A stretch of DNA of 64,000 nucleotides. Source: Azolla caroliniana. Its lineage: Eukaryota > Plantae > Polypodiophyta. The DNA lies in assembly GCA_043228905.1 (NCBI GenBank), contig JBHGNT010000010.1, positions 7,440,001 through 7,504,000 on the forward strand, written 5' to 3'. The notes beneath the pieces are model-generated. The model did no database searches. It saw only the letters and a list, made by a program, of their open reading frames with translations, and had not been told where the DNA came from. Made by a program: the position numbers and the translations under genes. This document shows, piece by piece, positions 1-9,300 of this stretch (position 1 is its first letter; each line of letters opens with the position of its first letter).

Positions 1-350
1 ACGACATTAAACAAGCACCCGACGCTTGACATTTGAAGATAACACAATGTCTTCATCGAATCGGCTTTACAATGTCAAAATCCGACAACTCCTTGTACGT
101 ACGAAATGACTCTGGAACCCTGATTGTCATCATCCTATACGTGGATGATTTGGAGGTGAAAGTCTACTCGACATCAACAAGGAGGTCAAGTCCCTCCTCT
201 CTGAAAAATTCGAGATGACTGACATGAAGGAGCTGCATTACTTCTTTGGCATCGAGGTAATTTGAACTCCAGCTGGCATTATGATCTCCGAACGACACAA
301 CATCCTCTACTTGTTATACAAGTTCGGGATGACTGAGTGTAAATATGTGG
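1..350 (+). pseudogene. Ty1/copia reverse-transcriptase remnant (same broad family as 42826-57958)
   Basis: Translates to ...KSDNSLY...IILYVDDL, then after a frameshift EMTDMKELHYFFGIEV; contains stops and frameshifts. Confidence 0.85.
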
Positions 351-361
351 TTGTCATGATA

Positions 362-421
362 TGGCAAGACTCGAACCCATGACCTTATGTTATATGGGTC
401 GAGCTCTTGACCATTATACCA
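362..421 (-). other. tRNA-derived sequence (Pol III A/B-box-like), possibly a SINE head or the start of an LTR beginning TGTCA at 352
   Basis: Minus strand reads TGGTATAATGGT...GGTTCGAGTC, an A-box/B-box arrangement; no complete cloverleaf. Confidence 0.4.
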
Positions 422-709
422 TTTATTGTAATACGTAGAATATCACCCAATCACTGTCAACCATGATTCTAGAGTCGTCAAAAAGGTTTAATACGTGGCG
501 AAACCAAAAACAGATTAATGAAGTATTTGTGATGTTGATTTCTATGCGTAGTGTCTTCCCCCACGCTCACCCGCGAAATCATACGTAGTTTTTAATTTTG
601 TAGGCTCAGTCTTCCACTTCTTACTAAAACCTATTAGTACATATGGTTGTAGCATTCGAGGTTGCGCGAATCGTGGATACACGACCGAAGGACTTGTTCC
701 CGAATCGAA

Positions 710-886
710 GACATAATCATAGCCGAACCTGAAGCATATATAGCATTTGCTAGTAAAAGAGTGATCGAACAGATGTCACGCCAAAAAATACCTGACGGTT
801 TTCAATCGGCTGAATCTTTATTTGATAATGGACTACTTGATTTGATTGTACCACGTAACCTCCCGAAGGGTGTTTTAAGCGAGACA
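710..886 (+). pseudogene. accD: Plastid accD 3' fragment (NUPT)
   Basis: [21 protein letters not shown]...[32 protein letters not shown] matches the C-terminus of the acetyl-CoA carboxylase beta subunit. Confidence 0.92.
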
Positions 887-927
887 GATTTCATTCAATT
901 CTTCTATCCCAATGGTATCTCAGAATA

Positions 928-1268
928 TTATTTTGGCTTCTTCACTCCATATTTTAGGGTGGATCTGTCGGTTAGTCGGAGACCTCCCTCCGAACTGCAC
1001 GTACGACTCTCATCGAATACAGCTTTCCATATGATTGAATAGAAACTACTAAAGTGACTTTCTTTTTCAATCACTTCAACCTTAGTGATCATATTTACTC
1101 ATTCTGCATTGAGTATCCGTTTCTTCCTCATCATTCTAAAGATAATAGAAAAAAAAAAAGTTTAGGGATGGAAGAAATAAAATCTTGCATTTCAGTTATC
1201 TTACTCAAAATGTCCGTGGGTTTATTGATCCAATTACCGAACGTTCACAAAACAAAAATTCCATCGAA
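928..1268 (-). pseudogene. rps12: Plastid rps12 exon 3 plus the 3' part of its group II cis-intron (NUPT)
   Basis: 954->928 = AAATATGGAGTGAAGAAGCCAAAATAA (KYGVKKPK*). It is preceded by a domain V-like GAAAGCTGTATTCGATGAGAGTCGTACGTGCAGTTCGGAGGGAG and the intron motif GAAACGGATACTCAAT. Confidence 0.88.
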
Positions 1269-1329
1269 GGATTCGAACCTATACTTAAGGTTTGGAAGAC
1301 CTTTGTCCTATCCATTAGACGATGGACGC
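1268..1329 (-). pseudogene. trnR: Plastid trnR(UCU)-type tRNA, 3'-truncated, anticodon reads TCC (NUPT)
   Basis: GCGTCCATCGTCTAATGGATAGGACAAAGGTCTTCCAAACCTTAAGTATAGGTTCGAATCCT; the 3' acceptor strand is missing; it lies next to trnG as in plastomes. Confidence 0.85.
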
Positions 1330-1488
1330 ACTTTTCTATCTAGTCGATAGCCAACTATCAAGAAGCTAGAGCAAGAGTACCAAATCGCGAACACACAAGA
1401 GTTTTTATTCGTTCGCGACACGGTTTAGAAACAATAAAGAAAAGCAAGATCATTTTGGATAACCCTTTCACCCTTGCGTTCTATTTTT

Positions 1489-1760
1489 TGCGAGTAGCGG
1501 GAATCGAACCCTCATCATTAGCTTGGAAGGCTAAGGGTTATAGTCAATGCCAATTTCTTTTTATGACACCTCTAATTCAGAACCGAACGTGAAAATCTCT
1601 ATTCATTCGGCTCCTTTATGGAAATTTAAGGTAGATGTCAAAGCATATGGCATTCTTTTTTCTACCAACTGGTAGGGGTTCCTCACCTCGTCTCATAAGG
1701 AAAGTGGAGATAACAAAAGCTTGTTACTTTTTGGAATCCCCCCCACTTAAAAAATTCTCT
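1489..1760 (-). pseudogene. trnG: Plastid trnG(UCC) exon 2 (~1489-1537) with the 3' part of its group II intron (NUPT)
   Basis: TTGACTATAAC|CCTTAGCCTTCCAAGCTAATGATGAGGGTTCGATTCCCGCTACTCGC; domain V GAGCCGAATGAA...TTCACGTTCGGTTC at ~1578-1614; exon 1 not seen. Confidence 0.88.
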
Positions 1761-1819
1761 TATTCAATGAACCTCTTTTTTTATAAGGTTATTGCAAATA
1801 AAAGTATCCATAGTATCTA

Positions 1820-4800
1820 TGTTATAGGAAATTAATGTATATTCCAAATCTCTCTGGAACATTCTAGAAGCTTTAGGATTACTCCTAAGAACACTATAAA
1901 AGAAGGCACTAGGCATTATTTTGAACCAAATTGGTTCAACGCCAGTCTTAAGCCTCATACCCTTTTTGTACTTACTCTTCACATAATATATCATCTGTTA
2001 TCATCATCATCTCTCTCTCTCTCCTCTTCTCTCTTTCTCTCTTTCTCGGGTGTCTTATGCAGTCTCGTCCTCACCATCTCTCTCTCTCCTCTTCTCTCTT
2101 TCTCTCTCTCTAGGGAGTCTTACGCAGTCTCGTCCTCTTAGTACTAATAGTACTTCCCTTCTCTAGTACTAATTCTCTCTCTGTTTTAGTACTATTCCTG
2201 ACAGTTTGAACCAAATTTCCCTCTCTAGTCTTTCTTTTGGTTTCCCTCATCCTCTTATCCTTTTCCTATACAATGGCTTCTGTTAGCGTCTAAGAATACC
2301 AATCCGTTTTCTCCAAGCTACAATGTCTAAAGGAAAATTTTGTTGCATTGGAACAAGAAAACCAATGGTTGTTAGGGGATCTTCAACAAATCGCCCTAGA
2401 AAAACAACAAACGCAGCAACAACATGGGGAGTTAGCGTTACATGTGCAACAACTCGAAGCAGCGTTGTAACAACAAGGATCAAGTCCCCAAGGATTTCAT
2501 AAAGAACCCAAGATTCGACTTCTTGTGAAATTTGATGGAACGCGATTGCAATTTAGGGGATTCCTCAATCAAGTACGCTTAGTCATTCAAATGCATCCTT
2601 CTCGATACCCCACTGATGCATCCTGAGTCGGCCTAATAGGCATGTTGCTTAGTGGCTCAGCCTTGGCATGGTTTGCTCCGTTTCTAGAAAAACAATCGCC
2701 CTTACTTAATAACTTTGAAGACTTTATTAGCGAGTTTAAAGCTCGCTTTGGAGATACAGACAACATCAGGATGACGATCAACAAAATCCAACGATTGCGT
2801 CAAGGCGATCGTCCAGCCTCTGCCTACGCGGCGGATTTCCGTCTACTCGCCTCAGATATCCCTTGGGATGATCAAGCACTAATGGAGCAGTTTCACTACG
2901 GGCTACGAAACGATGTCAAAGATCTACTTCTAACCTTCCTCGAAGAACCAAAGTCTCTTACAGAGGCAATCAATCGAGCGGTTCGTTGCAACAACCACCT
3001 TTTCGAACGACGTTCGGAACGTCAATTACAAATACCACGCCCTAGGCTGGAGCCCACATATGCCTCAATCGTTGCTAAACCATTTGCACGAGACATATCT
3101 CAAGCAAATAATCCGACACTGATGGAGATTGACACCATGCGTCGACGTGGCCTATTATCAGAAGAAGAAAAGCAACGACGATGTGCAAATCAATTATGTC
3201 TTTATTGATGTGGACTAGGGCATATCGCAATCAACTGTCCCCATAGGCCAAGAAGACAGGTAAATCAAATCGTAGCATGTACCAAATCCGAGTCAATTCT
3301 TCCCTTATGAGTGTCTAATAGTATTAATAGTACTAATAGAGTGTCTGATAGTATTAATAGTATTACTAGCCCAAGTATCTCAAACAAATTTGAAATCCTT
3401 AGTCAATTAGATGAACAGTTAAAAGACTGAGTCCAGCCTAAATAGGAGCCGTTTGGTTGGACAACCCTAGATCTGTACAACCCATTAGTGGTTCCATTCC
3501 CTCCAAGCAAGTTAGCGATGTGTTCCTAGCCCAAGTCATGGTTAGTACTAAAAGTACTCCTTCAGTACACGTCCTAGCACTTTTAGATTCCGGAGCCAAT
3601 TCCTGTTTCATGGATCGAAATTTTGCCCAAGCTTCTCAGATATCCTTAAGAAAACTTCCTTGCCCTGCATTTGTAGTAGTCATTGATGGTCGTCCCATTG
3701 CTTCCGGAGTCAAAACCCATTCAGGTTGTCCTAGGTAGTTTTGTGTGTGTAGTATCATTCAATATAATTAGTAGTCTAGAGCATCCCATTGTCCTGGGAT
3801 TACCTTGGTTTGAATTACATAATCCAGACATAGATTGGAGAACAAGAGAAGTCTGATATCGACAACCCCAAGAATCTACTCATTGAGTTTCGACCATTTC
3901 ACTACGTCAACTACGCGAAGAAGGATACAAGGAGGCAATGTTCTTATTTGCAATATCAATACATCCTTCCAGCAATATTAAGGAGGAATCCTTAGTGCAA
4001 CTACCGATGAAATATCATCCTTATGCCGATGTATTTGACAAGGTATAAGCCAGTACTCTTCCTCATCATCGTCCCTACGATTGTCCCATCGATTTACAAC
4101 CAGGAGCAGAGCTACCATGGGGGCCAATCTACAACTTGTCACTAACCGAGTTAGAAGTCCTTCGAGCCTACATAGAGGAGAACTTGGCAAGCGGGTTTAT
4201 TTGTCATTCGAAATCTCCGACCGGTGCACCCATCTTCTTTGTCAAGAAGAAAGATGGCTCATTTCGTCTCGTTGTTGATTACCGCAGCTTGAATAAGGTC
4301 ACCATCCGGAATAGGTATGCACTTCCTCTTATATCAAGTCTTTTAGAGCGAGTTAATGGTGCCAAGTTTTTTACATAAATTGATCTACGAGGAGCGTATA
4401 ACCTCGTGGGGATCCGAGCGGAAGATGAATGGAAAACCGCCTTTCGCACGCGGTATGGGCATTTCGAGTATACCGTTATGCCGTTCGGTCTAACCAATGC
4501 ACCCACAGTCTTCCAACACATGGAAAATAATATATTCAGAGACCACTTGGATATTTGGATGATCTATTGATTTATTCGAAGACCCAGGAAGAGCACGATT
4601 CTCATGTACTATTAGTACTAAAACGACTCCGTGAGAATGGTCTTTATGCCAAGCTAGAAAAATGTAGCTTTGACTGCAAGCAAGTGGAATTTCTAGGCTA
4701 CGTCATCTCCTCAAGGGGCATCTCCATGGATCCAACTAGAGTCAAAACAGTGCTAGAGTGGCAAACTCCCCGTTCGTTACAAGATGTACAATGTTTCCTA

Positions 4801-5601
4801 GGTTTTCCTAACTTCTACCACAAGTTTATACAAGATTACTCGAAGATTATTTTACCTCTTACACAACTTACGAAGAAGGGACATGCATTCCTTTGGTCCA
4901 ATGAAGCGGACATGGCTTTTCGGCATCTTAAGAAAGCCTTTACATCAGCTCCTATTCTAGCTCATGTGGATACAAACAAACCATTCATCATGGAGGCCGA
5001 CGCATCAGATTTTGCCCTCGGTAGCATCCTTTCTCAACAAGGAGATAAAGAAGAGTTGCATCCTGTGGCTTTCCATTCGTGCAAATTTGATGCCGCGGAA
5101 ATCAACTATGAAATACATGACAAACAGTTATTAGCCATCATAGATTCATTTGTGCAATGGCGGCATTTCTTAGGGGGCTCTCCACATCAGGTCATCGTCT
5201 TCAGCGATCACAAAAATCTTGCTTATTTCCAGAACGCTCGTGTGCTAAATCAACGGCAAGCTCGGCGGGCTCAATTCCTCATGCGTTTTGACTTCAAAAT
5301 CACATATCGACCGGGGAAGCAGCAAGGAAAAGCAGATGCACTATCACGGCGTTCATATCTTGCACCTCATCCTGGTGATCCAACGTTTGATAATCAAAAG
5401 CAAGTAATCTTGGGACCAACACGATTACACACAACGCGGATTTTTCACACTCCAACGGATTCGTGGATTACGTATGCCATACGTACGAACTTGAAGACGG
5501 ACTGTTTTGCTCAAGACATTCTGGCGCACATTGATACCTCTCGGGCATCCTGCTCCCAGTCTCAACAACCAGGTATGGACTATCGACAATTCGAATTTTG
5601 A
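1820..5601 (+). mobile_element. Ty3/gypsy chromovirus-type (Tcn1-like) retrotransposon, degenerate, 3'-truncated after RNase H
   Basis: LTR ~1820-2203 (ends CCTGACA; TATA at ~1895). Gag LSGSALAWFAPFLEKQSPLLNNFEDF; protease ALLDSGAN; RT PIFFVKKKDGSFRLVVDYRSLN and DDLLIYS; RNase H EADASDFALG, NYEIHDK, DHKNL. No integrase or 3' LTR. LTR start is approximate. Confidence 0.88.
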
Positions 5602-6382
5602 AGGCATGAGGAAGTATGACTCATGATTTCAATTTGCTTTTAGAATAGGGGAGGTTTTGGGACCTCCAGGATTGAATTTTCTGTATGTGGGAGCGAAAAG
5701 TGATAAAGGGCCAACAATCAAAGAAGGCGAAGTTGGACCCTCAAGTGGAGATAAAGTCTAAGTCACATAAAAATGACTTACTGATAGAAGAATTAGCCGA
5801 GGACATGAAGTTGCTTTCTTGGCGGTCTTTGCTATTGGGAATTCGGTCCCTTCGGATGAGACGGATCGAACGTGCCAAAGGAAGGTATCTGGATGGATCC
5901 CGTGAGAACTAGATCTAGGGACATATATGTAAATATGTTTCTAGTGTGCCTCTCATGGCCATATTTGTAAATAGTCCTAAAGTCATATAAGTATAAATAT
6001 GACAAGGCAATCACTTTATGTAGTTGATATATGTGAGTGTTTTATATTGTTATATACACAAAGAGAGCTTGATTGACAGAGCGAGAGAGATATAGGAAGT
6101 TTTTATGTTGTAACCACAGATTCGCGAAGGCATAGAGCTCAAGGTCGTTGCCTCCGAGTTTCGTATTGTAATTGTTGAGAGATCAAGCTCAATTAGAGTT
6201 AGTTAGTTAGTCAACCATGTAACTTCGTAGTTACCTAGATAGAATCTAGTTAGAACTGTTGATTATAACGGCTTAAATAGGACCTTGTACTTAAGTGGGA
6301 TATTCTAGATCCTCCACTCCCAAGTACATTTAATATAGGACTTACACTCTTGTATCTATATTCTCCTCACACATGTGCACCC

Positions 6383-9300
6383 TGTTGGGATTACGGTCCC
6401 TTCGGATGGGATGGTCGGATGTCGGAGATGAATGCCGACAAGCCCGGTTTCGGTTTCGGATCCGGATGACGAAGACCCCGGCTTCGGTGCCGGATGACGA
6501 ATGTACCCGGAGAGCGATCCGGATGCAGGGACATATCCGTGAATATGTTCGCTATGGGCCCCTGAGGCCACAGTTGTAAATAGCCCCAAAGTCATATGTG
6601 TATAAATATGACTTAGGGCAAATAGTTTTGGTGTTGCTGATCATTTTTTTGTTTTTCCACTCAAGAGGAGTGAAGAGGGAGCAGCCGTGAGAGAGAGAGA
6701 GAGAGATAGAGCGCGAGAGAGGAAGAGGTAGGCGCCTCTGTGTATTTCCGCCGCCTGTGGCGAGGACAGCGAGCTCAAGGTCGTCGCCTTGGAGCTCGTC
6801 ATTGTATACTTCTCTTTGTATAGTGTTGTTTGGAGTCTTGTACTCCCGTGGTTTTTCCCATCTAGGGTTTTCCACGTTAATCCCTGTGTACTCGTGTGTT
6901 TCTCTCTTTTGGTTTCTATTTTCTGCTGCATTGATCCGCGATTACTCGGTTGTGGCCGAGTGGAAGAAGGTGAATCCATGCGTTGATTCCCAACAATCTG
7001 GTATCAGAGCGAGGTTGCAGAAAATGGAAGGCGGCGGTAGCGGGCAGCCGATGATGATGGTGCTGAATGCGCAGAATTACGCCGACTGGAAGATCAAGAT
7101 GGAGGATCTTCTGATTGTTCGGGACCTGTACGAACCGATTGACAGGTCGGAAATACCGAAAGGGGTACTTGAGTCGGAGTGGAAGCTCCTGAACCGGAAA
7201 GCCGTAGCGACGATCCGACAATATGTCGATGTAAGCGTCCTACAACATGTGGCGAACGACACCAACCCATATGAGATGTGGAAGAAGCTGTCGGGCCTCT
7301 ACGAGAGGAAGAATGCGTTGAACCGGACCTCCCTGATGAGGAAGATAGTGAACCTCAAGTACCGGGACGGCGAGAGTATGGTGGAACACGTAAGCACGTT
7401 CATGGGATTCGTGAATCAGCTTGCGGCGATCAAGTTCCCGTTGGAGGATGCAATGCAAGCCATCATCCTGATGTGTACATTGCCGGAAAGCTGGGAGAAC
7501 TTGGTGGTGACTCTCAGCACCTCCTGCACAGAAGATAACTTGTCCTTGCAAACGGTAAAGACAAGTATTTTGAACGAAGAAGCGCGTCGGAGAGATAAAG
7601 AACCGGCCTCCGACTCGAAGGCGCTGCTTACCGAATCGGATCGGGGAAGACAATGGAACCGGAGTCCGCAAAGACGGGAGAAGTCGGGGACCCGGTCGCA
7701 GTCAAGAGGAAGACCCACATGCTTCCACTGTGGGAAGCCGGGGCACTTCCGAAAGAATTGTCGGCATTACCGAAAGGACAACGGAGCCGACGACACCGAT
7801 TCGAAGAAGTCACCGGAGAGAAACGGTGCATACCGGGGAGCCACGGACCGGAGAGGTTCGGATCGGCGAGGGCAGGACCGGAAAGGAACAACGGCACTCG
7901 CGGCAAGTGAGGAAGAAATCATGCTCATCACCGAAGAAGGTGAGCTAAACGTTGCCGGCGATGAGACGACCTGGGTGGTCGATTCCGGAGCATCGTTCCA
8001 CCTGACCCCAGAGAGAAGATACTTCTCATCCTACACAGCCGGTGAGCATGGCTGTGTTCGGATGGGAAATGAAGGTACGTGCCGGATTGCCGGCATAGGA
8101 GACGTGTGGTTGACAACCCCGACCGGATGCAAAATGCTGCTGAAGGATGTCCGACACGTTCCGGAGGTTCGATTGAACCTGATTTCGGCCGGGAGGCTAG
8201 ACGATGAAGGCTACACAGGTAGCATCCGGAACGGCGTAATGAAGTTCAGCAAGGGGAGCCTGATAGTGGCTCGGGCCCGGAAAGACAACACACTGTACCT
8301 GATGAATGCCCGGTTATGTCCGGAAGAGCTGAATGTGGCAGCCGACACTGCCGGTGAGCTGTGGCACAAGAGACTGTGCCACATGAGTGAGAAGGGGATG
8401 AAGAGGCTTGCAGAAGACAACCTTATCCCAGTAAAGCATGTGCACCTGGAGAAGTGCACCGATTGCCTGGCCGGTAAGCAGAACCGAACCTCCTTCCACT
8501 CAAGGCCACCGACGAGACGTAGCGCACCATTGGAGTTGGTGCACACTGACGTGTGTCAGGTAGAGACGAAGTCACATGGCGGAGCCCAGTACTTCGTAAC
8601 ATTCATCGATGATCATAGCCAAAAACTGTGGACGGCACCGATGAAGACAAAGGACCAAGTGTTGTGCGTCTTCAAAGAACTCCACGCGAGAGTGGAAAGG
8701 GAATCCGGCAAGAAGCTGAAAGCGATACGAGCGGATAACGGAGGGGAATACCGGGGGCAGTTCCAGGAGTACTGTCGCTCGAAGGGAATCCGACTCGAGT
8801 TTACTGTGCCGAAGACGCCGGAACTGAACGGGCTGGCCGAGAGGATGAACCGGACCATAATGGAGAGGGTCCGGAGTATGCTGGCGCATGCGAAATTACC
8901 CAAGGGGTTTTGGGCTGAGGCAATGTCGACGGCGACATACGTGATAAACAGATCACCCTCAGTACCTTTGGACGGAGACACGCTGCAGAAAGTGTGGACC
9001 GGTAAGGAAGTGTCCTACCGGCATCTGAAGGTGTTCGGGTGTCTCGCATACGTGCATGTGGCAAAGGACCGGAGAGGAAAGCTAGATCCAAAGACCCGGC
9101 CATGCATATTCCTCGGTTACGGCGATGACGAGTTCGGCTACCGAGTATGGGACCCGGTCGACAAGAAGATATTCAGGAGTCGAGACATCATCTTCATGGA
9201 GGACAAGACACTCGCCGACTGGGAGTCGGAGAAGAAGGTGAAGAGCTCCAAGTCGACCGGTGAGGATCAACTCTACGAGGAGCAGTCCCGACCGGCAAGG

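Noticed and set aside
1268-1537. Functional tRNA genes or native plastid DNA
   Set aside because: trnR lacks its 3' acceptor strand, trnG lacks exon 1, and both sit among nuclear retroelements.
5602-5832. Possible N-terminal part of the methyltransferase upstream of element C
   Set aside because: No SPPY/DPPY-type motif is visible, and element C's 3' flank is deleted, so the linkage cannot be shown.
6757-7023. 89-aa N-terminal extension of the copia polyprotein
   Set aside because: It starts at a GTG inside the LTR and crosses the PBS; the first ATG after the PBS (7024) is the expected start.
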